DNA of 64,000 bases, taken from IMG/VR virus record IMGVR_UViG_3300006754_000007; one strand, given 5' to 3'. The position numbers and the translations under genes were made by a program. Shown here one piece after another: positions 28,678 through 38,273 of this stretch; positions within the stretch are counted from its first letter, which is position 1; every line of letters starts with the position of its first letter. The notes beneath the pieces are model-generated. The model ran no database searches. It saw only the letters and a list, made by a program, of their open reading frames with translations, and had not been told where the DNA came from. Origin of the DNA: an uncultured virus (IMG/VR IMGVR_UViG_3300006754_000007) (lineage: Duplodnaviria; Heunggongvirae; Uroviricota; Caudoviricetes).

Positions 28678-28679
28678 CC

Positions 28680-28880
28680 GTGGACAACGCCACAGTCTCG
28701 ATTCAGAGAGCCACCCTGTCAGGCACCCTCTACATCACCGTGGCCTTCGCCTTGCGTGGAGGCCGATGGTTCTTCACGCACATCCTGGATGAGAACGGCA
28801 ACGAGATCATCCTGACGGAGACTGAAGAACTGCTTGCACGTTCATTGGTAGAAGCTGGGGTGGATGAAACCGGAAGGTGA
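28680..28880 (+). CDS. Small hypothetical protein
   Basis: RBS; operon context. Confidence 0.55.
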   Translation: MDNATVSIQRATLSGTLYITVAFALRGGRWFFTHILDENGNEIILTETEELLARSLVEAGVDETGR

Positions 28881-28895
28881 ACCCAGGAGGGCACC

Positions 28896-29543
28896 ATGGC
28901 TGAAAACAGGCAACAACGCCGCCGTAGGCTGCGTGAGCACCGAAAAGAGAAGAAGGGAAGGTCCACCCAGCAGGTGGCTATCACTGAGGACGCACAAGCC
29001 AGCCTCGCCACGGTTAGCGTGGGCGGTGACGGCACACAGATGCGGATGCAAGAGATTCCGTGGACAAGCTGGGTAGACGGCACCTACGAGAACGCTGACT
29101 GCCCGGTGGTTCGCAACAGCCGCTACATCGTCCACATCTACCCGCCCAAGCAGCAGTATCCGGGCGTTCCGGGCCATCCGCGTACCCTCCACCTGTCCAT
29201 CCGGCATGTCCTCAACATCGCCATCACGGACTTCCGGGATTTCCAACGCATCAAGAACGAGTTGGTTCACCCTGAGGCAGAGGCCGTACAGGTGTTCCCC
29301 GCAGAGTCCAGGCTTGTGGACACCTGCAACCAGTACCACCTGTTCGTGACCGTGCCTGACAGTTTCGGGAAGGTTCCGGTGGAGCAGGTTGACTGGACGG
29401 AGGGCATCCTTCCCATTGGCTACTTTTATGGCAGGGATGTTGCAGAAGCTACCTCGGGAGGCTTGAGGCAACGAACCTGGACTGATGGTGTTCCTGAGGA
29501 GGTGTTTCAAGAGAGGGGTAACGAAAAAGGGGGTACATCTTAG
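28896..29543 (+). CDS. Conserved phage hypothetical protein
   Basis: HLSIR..DFQRIKNELV.PEAEAVQVFPAESRLVDTCNQYHL. Confidence 0.7.
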   Translation: MAENRQQRRRRLREHRKEKKGRSTQQVAITEDAQASLATVSVGGDGTQMRMQEIPWTSWVDGTYENADCPVVRNSRYIVHIYPPKQQYPGVPGHPRTLHLSIRHVLNIAITDFRDFQRIKNELVHPEAEAVQVFPAESRLVDTCNQYHLFVTVPDSFGKVPVEQVDWTEGILPIGYFYGRDVAEATSGGLRQRTWTDGVPEEVFQERGNEKGGTS

Positions 29544-29608
29544 GGGTGGTGCGGGTAAGCAGGGGGTGACCTGAAGAGGTGTGAAAACTAAAGGAAAAGG
29601 AGGTCGAG

Positions 29609-30490
29609 GTGGCAGTTACCAAAATCGAGTGGGCAACTCATACTATGAACGATCAAGCGGGATGCACGAAGTGCTCTGCGGCTTGTCTGAACTGTTATGC
29701 GTTGTTGCTCTCCATCCGCATCTCAGCGATGGGAAAACACAAGCGATACCAGGGGGTTACGAACGATAAGATGCGGAACCCGAAGTGGACCGGAGAGGTC
29801 AACTGTGACCTCGATGTTCGTCGTAGAAACTTCGCTGAGATTCGCAATGCAATCAAGCCTCGTCGGACCTTCTATGGGTCGATGACTGACCTCTTTCATG
29901 AGGCTTTGGAGATCAAGGGCGAGGAACTGGAACTGCTCGCAGCGGAGGTTGAGAGCCTTCGTGGTGGGTGCAAGACCTCTCAGGTCGTCATGTTCTTGAC
30001 GAAGCGTCCTGAAAGGCTCCTGGCGTGGCAGAAGCACTACTTTCCGAAGGGGTTGCCTCCGCAGATTTGGGTGGGGATCACTGTGGAAGATCAGAAGCAG
30101 GCAGACGACAAGGTTCCGACCTTGGTGAAGGTGAAGGCTCCTGTCCGGTATCTGAGTTGTGAGCCTCTCTTGGGAGACATCCAGATTGACAAGAAGTGGG
30201 CCAAGAAGCTGGAGTGGGTCATCGTGGGCGGCGAGAGCGGTCACAAGGCTCGTATCAGTGATGGTGGCTGGATTCGGAGTCTGCGCGATCAGAGCGTGCA
30301 GGAAGCTATTCCTTTCCACTTCAAGCAGTGGGGGGAGTACGGCGATCAGGGAACCCGTGTAGGGAAGAAGGCAGCAGGACGGACGTTGGACGGACGCACC
30401 TGGGATGAGCTTCCCCCTGTCAAGACTCCTTCGGTCTTGGGTGGGTTCATCATCAACAAGCAGAGGCAAGAAGTGAGGGCGGCAAGCTAA
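29609..30490 (+). CDS. Phage Gp37/Gp68 (DUF5131) family protein
   Basis: KIEW..GCTKCSAACLNCYA, SMTDLFH, LTKRPER, SCEPLL, WVIVGGESG, FHFKQWG, GRTWDELP. Confidence 0.88.
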   Translation: MAVTKIEWATHTMNDQAGCTKCSAACLNCYALLLSIRISAMGKHKRYQGVTNDKMRNPKWTGEVNCDLDVRRRNFAEIRNAIKPRRTFYGSMTDLFHEALEIKGEELELLAAEVESLRGGCKTSQVVMFLTKRPERLLAWQKHYFPKGLPPQIWVGITVEDQKQADDKVPTLVKVKAPVRYLSCEPLLGDIQIDKKWAKKLEWVIVGGESGHKARISDGGWIRSLRDQSVQEAIPFHFKQWGEYGDQGTRVGKKAAGRTLDGRTWDELPPVKTPSVLGGFIINKQRQEVRAAS

Positions 30491-30750
30491 TGGCGGTACT
30501 TGGACCTGACGGTAGATTCGCAGACGGCACTTCCCCTTACGAGGGGGAGACTGACGAAGAGATCCGCGAATCCATGAAGAAAGGCATCTTCAAGGGTGGG
30601 CACAAGGCTGTCCGCATTGGAGGGCCTGCCTACTTCACAGGCTCCAAGCGCGGCGACGAGAACCTCCAGGACTTCCTGGGAAGCATCGGCGCACTCGGAG
30701 GGCTGGCTAAGGAAGAGTACGAGGCCAAGAAGACCCAGGAGAAGCCTTGA
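30490..30750 (+). CDS. Hypothetical protein
   Basis: TAATG coupling. Confidence 0.55.
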   Translation: MAVLGPDGRFADGTSPYEGETDEEIRESMKKGIFKGGHKAVRIGGPAYFTGSKRGDENLQDFLGSIGALGGLAKEEYEAKKTQEKP

Positions 30751-30786
30751 AGGGGGCGGTGCGAAAGGTTCGTGAGAGGTGGGGTC

Positions 30787-31212
30787 ATGCCTGACCTGCC
30801 ACTCGACATACTCGCCTTGTTTGGCTGTGATGATGGCCTCGGGGTCGAAGTCCAACCCGTCATCCCTGTGCGAACAAAAGGCGACACGGAACAAAGGTTT
30901 GAGGCGTTCCACAGGATGAACCCGCATGTCTACAAGTCCATCGTCAGGATCGCCCTCGACCTCAAAAGCCGGGGCTTCGGTCGCTGTAGCATCTGGCTCA
31001 TCTTCAACCGCCTGCGGTGGCTCTACGCCCTCCAGACGCAAGGGGACGAGTTCAAGCTCAACAACAACTACACGGCGTACTACTCCCGTTTGGTGATGGA
31101 AACGGTGCCCGACCTCGACGGGTTCTTTGAGACGCGGTTGCACAAAGGGCAAGACCCTTACGTTCCCGATCTTGTGGCGTTGGGCTTCGGCGCGAGATTG
31201 ACCCATGAATGA
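30787..31212 (+). CDS. Conserved phage hypothetical protein
   Basis: FEAFHRMNPHVY..RLRW..FKLNNNYTAYYSRL. Confidence 0.7.
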   Translation: MPDLPLDILALFGCDDGLGVEVQPVIPVRTKGDTEQRFEAFHRMNPHVYKSIVRIALDLKSRGFGRCSIWLIFNRLRWLYALQTQGDEFKLNNNYTAYYSRLVMETVPDLDGFFETRLHKGQDPYVPDLVALGFGARLTHE

Positions 31213-31233
31213 CGCTGTGGATTTACTGTTCGA

Positions 31234-31764
31234 TTGGAGACTGCCTTGAGCGACCTCATTACGGTCTACGTCCAAGAAGAATACGGCTATCGGCATTGGG
31301 TCTGGGAAACAGGCTTCACCGCCGAAGAACTGACGACATGGTGGCAGAACCTTGACTCCGTGATGAGGTTCTTCTTCCACACCATGGAAACCCTCCCTGG
31401 AACCCTGCATGAGAGCGTGGCAGCACCCCGCGAGTTCTACCTGGAGCACTTCAACGAGGAAGGCGTCGAGGAGTGGTACGAGGGGTTGAGGAAGCCCACC
31501 TACTTCGAGGCTACGAGAAGTACTGAGGAAGGGGATGACTCGACCATCTGGTACGCACACTTTCACTGTGACGATGACAGCCACCTCGTGAACTCTGAGG
31601 GCGAGAGGTTCGTCCATGCAGGGTTCGTGACAGAAGACATGGAGGAGGACCACCCCACCGTAGTTGCTAACGCAGCCATCTCGGACCAAGCGATGATGGA
31701 GCACACGAAAAAGATGGCTTTGGAGCACGCAGAGGGGGGTTCCTCGGAGGACTCATCTGCGTAG
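31234..31764 (+). CDS. Acidic hypothetical protein
   Basis: ORF; start uncertain. Confidence 0.6.
   Translation: METALSDLITVYVQEEYGYRHWVWETGFTAEELTTWWQNLDSVMRFFFHTMETLPGTLHESVAAPREFYLEHFNEEGVEEWYEGLRKPTYFEATRSTEEGDDSTIWYAHFHCDDDSHLVNSEGERFVHAGFVTEDMEEDHPTVVANAAISDQAMMEHTKKMALEHAEGGSSEDSSA
31738..31763 (+). promoter_or_regulatory. Class I motif GGTTCC-N16-CGTA
   Basis: Exact match upstream of 31786. Confidence 0.7.
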
Positions 31765-31785
31765 TGAGAGGGGAGAGGAGACACC

Positions 31786-32187
31786 ATGAGCGGAACCATC
31801 ACCAAGAGCGCAGCCGAGTCCCTTTTGTGGGCCATCGCGCAGGTTGAGGATCGCGGGCGCAGCCTGAGAACCCTCATCCAGATGTCCGAGACTGGTCGAG
31901 TTCACCGTGCCTCCAACGTCGTGGTTGTGTGGGCACGAGAGAACCACAACGGACTCCGGGCACTCTGTAGAGGTCGTGACGACTACCTCGTCACCATCAC
32001 CATTGACAGGGACAAGGTGCGTCGGCACAGTTGCTCCTGCCTCGACCACGGGCGCGTTGGGGCGTGCAAGCATGTCCTCTCTGTGGCGAACCGTTGGATC
32101 GAGCAGAAGGGTCGTCCGGCATGGCTGGCGCTCAAAGATGCGGAAAAGGTTCTCAAGGGGGGTTCCCTTGGTGGCGTGACCGCGTAG
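31786..32187 (+). CDS. SWIM zinc-finger protein
   Basis: YLVTI..HSCSCLD..ACKHVL. Confidence 0.8.
   Translation: MSGTITKSAAESLLWAIAQVEDRGRSLRTLIQMSETGRVHRASNVVVVWARENHNGLRALCRGRDDYLVTITIDRDKVRRHSCSCLDHGRVGACKHVLSVANRWIEQKGRPAWLALKDAEKVLKGGSLGGVTA
32161..32186 (+). promoter_or_regulatory. Class I motif GGTTCC-N16-CGTA
   Basis: Exact match; followed by an ORF-free structured region. Confidence 0.7.
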
Positions 32188-32194
32188 AGGTTAC

Positions 32195-32969
32195 AAGTCA
32201 TTGATGACTGGCAGAGCGCCAAAAAACAGGTAGCCGTCACCATAGAGCGGCATAGTTCTTTTACAGTTTCAACGAATCTCAAAGCTCCTGCTTGCAGGGG
32301 TGGCGAGTGGACCCTGCTGACGGGTCCTAAAACCTTCGTACCCTTGCCGGGTCGTCGGCTCCTTCGGGAGGTAGCCAGAACCCTGTTCAGGAAAGGGGTG
32401 TTCACACACTCTGCCGCCTGACTATGAAGGGGGGTGAGTTATGGGGCGTGGTTGCTCCGAGAATCACCCAGTGGCCCAGAGCATGAGCCGACATTCCACT
32501 GTCGGAGTGCTGCGAAGGGCATCCTCGGACTTGCTGGTTCACTGAGGAAACGGTTGTAGGGCAATAACCAAGAACAAAGTCTTGGGAAGGGGGTTGTTCC
32601 CCAGAATCGGACTGCTGAATGCAGAAGCCTCTCTGGTCATTGGAGCAATCCAGTGGCCGTCCCGAAAGGGGGCAAGTGGCGATCTTCCCAAGAGATCAAA
32701 GGTTGTCGTGTGGAGGAAGGGAGAAGTGTACAGCTTACCCTCCGATACACAGAATGTAGGCAGCAGTAGCGCGTGCTGTTCCGTCGTAGGAGACTGCGAA
32801 GAACAGGGAGGAACGCCGTGAACCGCTTTACTGGCGGGTGTTCACACTCCTAACCCGAACGGGGACAGGCTCAAAAGGCTTGGAGGTCACGGCATGGGAG
32901 CAAGTGCATGTGTGCTTGTTTGTTCCCTTATGAGGGGGTCATCCGAAAGGGTGGCCCCCTCTCTTATTT
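32195..32969 (+). ncRNA. Candidate large structured ncRNA (about 780 nt)
   Basis: Promoter motif upstream, terminator-like hairpin 32932-32969, UUCG/GNRA hairpins, long-range helix, no credible ORF. Confidence 0.6.
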
Positions 32970-32976
32970 GGGGCAC

Positions 32977-32990
32977 GGTAAGGTTCCTAT
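32977..32990 (+). promoter_or_regulatory. Class II motif GGTR-N6-CTAT
   Basis: GGTAAGGTTCCTAT upstream of tagged gene 33014. Confidence 0.5.
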
Positions 32991-33013
32991 CCTTTCGGAC
33001 GAGAGAGGATTTA

Positions 33014-34012
33014 GTGGACCACCCTTCCCCCAGCCGCGTAGCCCTGTGTAAGCAGAGTGCCGACCTATGGACCCAGAGAAACGTGGAGTCCATAGCGAGG
33101 CGGCTCGCCAAGGTTAGGACGCGCCTCGGCCAATCTGAGCACCCAACAGCCAACTGGGTGGGGAACCTTGCTCGTACCCTTGGCGGGGTCGCAAACATGG
33201 CTCCTGGAGCACCCCACCACGACCCGGAAGCGTGGGCTGACTACGTTGACTTCTGGGTTAGTGCGAAGCAGGGGGCAAAGATCCTTGGGCCAAGCTGGCA
33301 GAAGCCTGGGGCCGACATCGCACTGGCAGAGATTGGGGAAGTCGATTCAAGACTGGTCCGCGATGTCACGGCCCTCCTGAAGACCAACCCGCGTAGCCGC
33401 GTAGCCAAGAAGTGGAAGAAGCTCCCTCCAGGGTGGACGGATAAGTCCGTCAAGAAGTTCTGGGGCACGCTCACAGGCACCACGCCGGAACACAAGGTCT
33501 GGGACTGCATCGAGAAGATGACCAAGCCCTTCGGGGACGGTGCAGGAGGGTTCTGCGGTGGCCTTGCCGACTGGCAGATGCCCGGTTGGCGGCAGAAGAA
33601 CAAGAAGGAATCCCCTGACGCACGCTCCGATGCCAAGTCCTACTGGAAGAAGAAGATCAAGAAGAAGAAGGCAGACATGACACCCGATCCAACACGAGTG
33701 GCGATGAGGTTCGCGGGACCCAAGGTGGCATCTGCGGGGTCCGAGATAGTTTGGCGCATCCTTGATCAACGGGCCTTTATGAAGGTCTGGCGTGATTTGG
33801 GGAAGGAGGACGAGCAGGCAGCCGAACTCTTGTATGAGGTGCTCACCACCCTACAAGACAAACTGGACATCGCTGACCGCGAGTACAACGCCCTCAACCG
33901 CATCACACAGTTGATCAAGGCGGGTTCCAGTTGGAACCCCGCCCTCCAACGAAACAACATCTTCAAGGCGGCTGACCTTTTGGGCCTCAAGCTCCCGTCG
34001 GGGAGCTTCTGA
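33014..34012 (+). CDS. Tagged multi-segment protein
   Basis: PSPSRVAL.KQSA at the start; internal PDPTRVAMRFAGPKVA. Confidence 0.7.
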   Translation: MDHPSPSRVALCKQSADLWTQRNVESIARRLAKVRTRLGQSEHPTANWVGNLARTLGGVANMAPGAPHHDPEAWADYVDFWVSAKQGAKILGPSWQKPGADIALAEIGEVDSRLVRDVTALLKTNPRSRVAKKWKKLPPGWTDKSVKKFWGTLTGTTPEHKVWDCIEKMTKPFGDGAGGFCGGLADWQMPGWRQKNKKESPDARSDAKSYWKKKIKKKKADMTPDPTRVAMRFAGPKVASAGSEIVWRILDQRAFMKVWRDLGKEDEQAAELLYEVLTTLQDKLDIADREYNALNRITQLIKAGSSWNPALQRNNIFKAADLLGLKLPSGSF

Positions 34013-34629
34013 TGGGGCGGGTACTAATCACGGATGCCATCGGCATCGACGTAGACCACCTGGACATTCCAGGCAGCGTGACCATCGGAAACGACTCTGC
34101 TACCGACACCCTTGAGGTCCTCGCGGGAATCACCTCCGACCTCGTTCCAGACGGGAACCTCACCAGGAACCTGGGGTCCGAGGGAACCGGAACCCCTGGA
34201 ACAGAGCGGCGTTGGCAGAATGTTCACCAGAACGCTACGGTTTTTTCTTGCGGCAGGATGTTCTGCGAGGAGTTCACCCATACGACCACCCTAACGCTGG
34301 TGAACAACATCCAGGTGCTCGTCTACACTGCTTCAGACTTCGTAGGCGGTCGAATAACGGTCCACATGAAGGAGCAAGGCACCTCCAACAGTGAAATCGC
34401 AGAGTACGTCTTCGCCACCGATGAAACCCTCATGTCTGGGACCATCAGCAAGATCGGTGCTTCAGCCCGCACGGGGATCGGCCCTATCGACGTAGGTTGC
34501 AACGTGGCCTACGTCGCGGGCGGGACCCCCCAGTTCCAGTTCACTATCCAGAACGTGAGCGATGCAGTCAACTTCCCCATCGGAACCGTCTTTGAGGGAA
34601 GGTGCATAGTCACGCTCATGGAGCCGTGA
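34012..34629 (+). CDS. Beta-rich hypothetical protein, possibly structural
   Basis: G/T/V-rich; SDLVPDG..RNLGS..RWQN. Confidence 0.65.
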   Translation: MGRVLITDAIGIDVDHLDIPGSVTIGNDSATDTLEVLAGITSDLVPDGNLTRNLGSEGTGTPGTERRWQNVHQNATVFSCGRMFCEEFTHTTTLTLVNNIQVLVYTASDFVGGRITVHMKEQGTSNSEIAEYVFATDETLMSGTISKIGASARTGIGPIDVGCNVAYVAGGTPQFQFTIQNVSDAVNFPIGTVFEGRCIVTLMEP

Positions 34630-35780
34630 TGAAAGCTGCTTCAGCCAGAGTAGCTCTGCGCTTCTCCTTGAAGCAGGCAGCGGGCACTGCTGAGGACATC
34701 ACTCGACACCTCCCGGACTTCGAGCGGGCAAAGCAGGACTACGTCACTGCCCTACGGGACTGGGACGAGAAGATGAAGCGTCTGGAGCGCCTTGGCGAGA
34801 CTCCCCTTCCCAAAGACCCCTACCTTCGCCGTTTGGCAAACCGCCCTTGGATCAAGCTGCTCCAGAACGGGTTTCGCATAGCAGAGGGCATCCTTTCAAC
34901 CCGGAGCATCCCCCGCAAGGATGCAAAGGGCTTGGAGATGGCGTACCGCCTGATGGGGAACAGTCGGAGGATGCCCAAAGACCCCCTCAAGTGGTGGAAG
35001 ATCAACGAGAAGCGCATCGACCTCCTGATTCGAGCGGCTCGGACATGGCCCGAGAAGGAAGAAGGCACGGATGAGTTGTTCACGTTGGGGTCATTCCGGG
35101 TCCACAACACCGTCGGCGCAGAAGGCGCGGAGCTTGATTCACTGAAGAAGGCCATCGAGCGGGTCGAGAAGGCATCACGAAAGAACCCGGTTCCGGGCTT
35201 TGCCAAGACCGTCTACGGAGACATCCAGGTGGTGTCCCGGATTCGGAAGGGACACCACGCCGCTTGGTACAACATCGGGGATGACAGCCTCTACATCCGG
35301 CGTACCAAGAGCACTGGAATGGATGAGGTCAATGCCATCATCCATGAACTCGGACACCGGTACTGGTCCAAGTTCGCCCCAAAGGACAAGAAGAGGGAGT
35401 GGCAAAGGCACCACTGGGCGATTGACGGGAAGATTCCGGGCTTCCGGGATGGCATGACCACGGGGTTCGTGGACATGCCAGAGGTGGGGGACCCCGCACC
35501 CGTGAAAATCAAGGGTGTGAGAGGGCAGCCCATCGTGAAGGAGATGGCAGGGGGCCTGTACTTCTTCGAGATCCCGGTAGGGGACAAGATGCACACCCTC
35601 ACCGTCGGCGTCCGGGAAATCTACCAAGTGCTGGCGAAGAGGAAGCACCGGAACACGAGCTATCCCACGGCCTATGCTTCCACGGATGCGGAGGAGCACT
35701 TCGCAGAGGCACTCGCCCTGAAAGCACTGGGTTCTTTGGGTGCAGAACACGAGGTCCCCTTCGACAACATCTGGGAATGA
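34629..35780 (+). CDS. Tagged zincin metallopeptidase
   Basis: MKAASARVALRFSLKQAA; IIHELGH; YASTDAEEHFAEA. Confidence 0.78.
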   Translation: MKAASARVALRFSLKQAAGTAEDITRHLPDFERAKQDYVTALRDWDEKMKRLERLGETPLPKDPYLRRLANRPWIKLLQNGFRIAEGILSTRSIPRKDAKGLEMAYRLMGNSRRMPKDPLKWWKINEKRIDLLIRAARTWPEKEEGTDELFTLGSFRVHNTVGAEGAELDSLKKAIERVEKASRKNPVPGFAKTVYGDIQVVSRIRKGHHAAWYNIGDDSLYIRRTKSTGMDEVNAIIHELGHRYWSKFAPKDKKREWQRHHWAIDGKIPGFRDGMTTGFVDMPEVGDPAPVKIKGVRGQPIVKEMAGGLYFFEIPVGDKMHTLTVGVREIYQVLAKRKHRNTSYPTAYASTDAEEHFAEALALKALGSLGAEHEVPFDNIWE

Positions 35781-35815
35781 AACGCAGAACCCCGTGAACT
35801 GTAGAACGGGACCCA

Positions 35816-35860
35816 ACATTGCTGGGGGCATTTACCACATTGCTGGGGGCCATTTACCAC
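35816..35860. repeat. Tandem duplication of about 22 bp
   Basis: ACATTGCTGGGGGC(C)ATTTACC twice. Confidence 0.8.
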
Positions 35861-35924
35861 CCGGAGGGTACCCCTCCTCCGCGAGCTTGCTTCAGGCAGT
35901 CATGTTGCCCTGAGTTGGGCACGG

Positions 35925-35950
35925 GGTTCCCAAGACGGATCATGACCGTA
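35925..35950 (+). promoter_or_regulatory. Class I motif GGTTCC-N16-CGTA
   Basis: Exact match upstream of 35990. Confidence 0.7.
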
Positions 35951-35989
35951 AGGTAGGTACAACCTGCGTTATGGAGGACGCCATGCCTA

Positions 35990-36430
35990 ATGACATCACA
36001 CTGGAGTGTCTTCGCTGAAGAAGTTGAAGCACTCAAAGCAGAACTCAAGAACTCCCAAGAGGAGCTTGCTGACTACAAGCATCTCTTCAAAGTCCAGGCC
36101 GTCGTGAAGGGGTCACTCCCCAACTGGCAACAGCATATGCTCAACAAGGCGGGTCATGCCGTCTACTACAAGCAAGCTGCCTCGACCTACCATGCAGATG
36201 TAGACCCGGACATCAAAGCGGTGCTCGCGCCTCACCTGACCTGGGCCAAGCAGTTCGCATGGATGGCCCAGTACACGGCGTACAAGGTTGCCGCAGCCGT
36301 ATCGAAGGCCCTGTGGAAGCTCAACCAATCCAAGCTCAAGACTCCGAAGGCGTGGGCGGTAGCCACCAAGGCCCAAAAGAAGGCATGGGCGTTGCTCAAC
36401 AGCCTGGGCTTCACGCTCAAGTGGGAGTAG
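35990..36430 (+). CDS. Hypothetical protein
   Basis: 146-aa ORF. Confidence 0.65.
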   Translation: MTSHWSVFAEEVEALKAELKNSQEELADYKHLFKVQAVVKGSLPNWQQHMLNKAGHAVYYKQAASTYHADVDPDIKAVLAPHLTWAKQFAWMAQYTAYKVAAAVSKALWKLNQSKLKTPKAWAVATKAQKKAWALLNSLGFTLKWE

Positions 36431-36509
36431 CCGGGGAAAATCGCCACGAGCGAGACTGCTTCAGGACTACTTGTCGGACAACAGCCTGGGCTTCAGCCCT
36501 GAACTACGC

Positions 36510-37241
36510 TCAGAAGGCGTTTCCGTCGAAGCCGATGGCCTTAGCAAGATCCTCAAACTTTCTTCCAGCGACATTGTCGATGACGAGGTCGCTGTCCGCA
36601 TACATCGAGAAGTTGAACATATCAAAGACAGCCAAGTTGCTACCGTCCGCCGTGACGCGCACGCCTCTTGGCCTCGGACCCTTGCTGACTTTCCATCCTT
36701 CGTCCTGGGCCAGCTTCTCGATACCTTTCTTCAAGCGGTCCATCACCCCGGAAACCTTGCTTGCTGCTTTTGCTATGGCAGCCGTCACCTCCGACCATTC
36801 GGGAGCGGATAGCCCTGACTCAATGGGGATGACGATCTCGAAGAAAGCCTCGACATCCAGCCGCCCCTGCTTTTCGTCGCCCCAGTAAAGACGAGCATCG
36901 CCCCTCGCAACATTGGCAGCGGTCTTTGACCCAGCGCCAGCCTTCAGTCCAGACAGGATAGCTCGACGCTTCCGGTCACCTGCGGGGAGGTCAGCCGCCA
37001 TGCGAATCAACTCCTTCCTGTCGGTAGGAAGCGAGGGGATCTGCTGGGAGGCCCGACGTCCGTCAATGCGGTCCAGGTCGTACTTGCGTCCGTAGTCGAG
37101 GAGGGCGTCCTCGATCTCCCCCTTGTTCCGCGACCTCTGGATGCGAGCGTCAACGTACTCCCCAGCGCCGTCGTTAGGCTCAAGGCCGTACATGTCCTTG
37201 AGCATCTTCTTGAACAAGGCATCACTGGCTACGGTCTTCAT
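36510..37241 (-). CDS. Tagged two-segment protein
   Basis: Internal DRKELIRMAADLPAGDRKRRAILSGL..SKTAA; class II variant GTTA-N6-CTAT at 37270-37283. Confidence 0.72.
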   Translation of the reverse strand: MKTVASDALFKKMLKDMYGLEPNDGAGEYVDARIQRSRNKGEIEDALLDYGRKYDLDRIDGRRASQQIPSLPTDRKELIRMAADLPAGDRKRRAILSGLKAGAGSKTAANVARGDARLYWGDEKQGRLDVEAFFEIVIPIESGLSAPEWSEVTAAIAKAASKVSGVMDRLKKGIEKLAQDEGWKVSKGPRPRGVRVTADGSNLAVFDMFNFSMYADSDLVIDNVAGRKFEDLAKAIGFDGNAF

Positions 37242-37278
37242 GAGAGTTCTCCTACACCCGTAGGTGCGGATAGGAACC

Positions 37279-37455
37279 CTAACGAGGAAGGGCGTGGCGT
37301 CGGAAGGTTTTGCGGTCGTCGGTTTTGAGGCGACGACGGGCAAGACGGGCAGCCTTGCGTTTGCTTGAGGATTCACGGTCGCAGGGGTAGCCGGGGCCAA
37401 AGCAGAAGCATCTGCGGCCAGGGCATTTGATGATGCGGGATTTGTAAGTGTCCAT
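37279..37455 (-). CDS. Small basic Cys-containing protein
   Basis: CPGRRCFCF..KRKAARLARRRLK; class I motif at 37464-37489. Confidence 0.55.
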   Translation of the reverse strand: MDTYKSRIIKCPGRRCFCFGPGYPCDRESSSKRKAARLARRRLKTDDRKTFRRHALPR

Positions 37456-37463
37456 GAGTTCCC

Positions 37464-37527
37464 TACGGCTCGAAAAGCCAGGGGGAACCCCCACTCTCGT
37501 AGGTTCCACGATTCGGATTCCCCCGTA
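37464..37527. promoter_or_regulatory. Divergent pair of class I motifs
   Basis: Exact matches at 37464-37489 (minus) and 37502-37527 (plus). Confidence 0.7.
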
Positions 37528-37551
37528 AGGAGGGTAGAAGGAAGGAGCACC

Positions 37552-38013
37552 ATGCGCCTACACAGTGACGATGGCTACAACTCGCTAAGCTGCGAAGAAG
37601 CCCAAACCGTAAACCCCCACCCGTCAGGCTACTCCATCGGCGTCATCCAGCTTGAGGAAGGCTTCGAGGGGTGCATCAGCAGGTGGGAAGGCCCGGAAAG
37701 GTTCCTGACATGGCACCGGGTGAGCAATGTTTCCAGCAACGCACACGTCCGAGAGCAGTACGAGTTGGGCCGGGGACGTGGGTGGGAGCCAAGCGTAGGG
37801 CACGAGATGCCCGGAATCGACTGCCTTCATACCTTCCAGTACCACACAGACGAAGAGTTCCCTCCCCCGGCTGAGAACATGCTCTTTCGGGGCAGGCGTA
37901 CAGCGGACAACGCCACGGTGTGGTTCAGGCTGACGGACTCAGGCTTTGAGTATGTCTGGGAGTGCGATGCGGTCCTGGACATGGGGCCAGGGCCTTTGCA
38001 GATCCTGGAGTAA
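37552..38013 (+). CDS. Hypothetical protein
   Basis: AAGGAG RBS. Confidence 0.65.
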   Translation: MRLHSDDGYNSLSCEEAQTVNPHPSGYSIGVIQLEEGFEGCISRWEGPERFLTWHRVSNVSSNAHVREQYELGRGRGWEPSVGHEMPGIDCLHTFQYHTDEEFPPPAENMLFRGRRTADNATVWFRLTDSGFEYVWECDAVLDMGPGPLQILE

Positions 38014-38273
38014 GGGGTCCCTAAAGCCCTACTCGACCTTCTTCATGACCTTGAGGATGAGGTGTTCCTCCGGGACTTCTTCAGGAGGGAAGTCCCCGTG
38101 CGCTTCAGAGTAGCAGAGCAAAATCATGCCCCGGTTATCCACGAGCAAGGAGTCACCCTCCTTGAAGTCGTAGAGGGTAGAACCCATCTCATCGACCATA
38201 CAGAGCCACTCGGCGTCATCGCCGTAGACAAGGATAGTCGGCTCAAAGGGCTTTCCTACAACATCGGTGTCAT

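Noticed and set aside
35816..35860. Tandem repeat as a CRISPR array
   Set aside because: Adjacent copies with no spacer
37253..37278. Class I motif upstream of tagged gene 37241
   Set aside because: Has TGTA rather than CGTA and is better read as the class II variant GTTAGGGTTCCTAT
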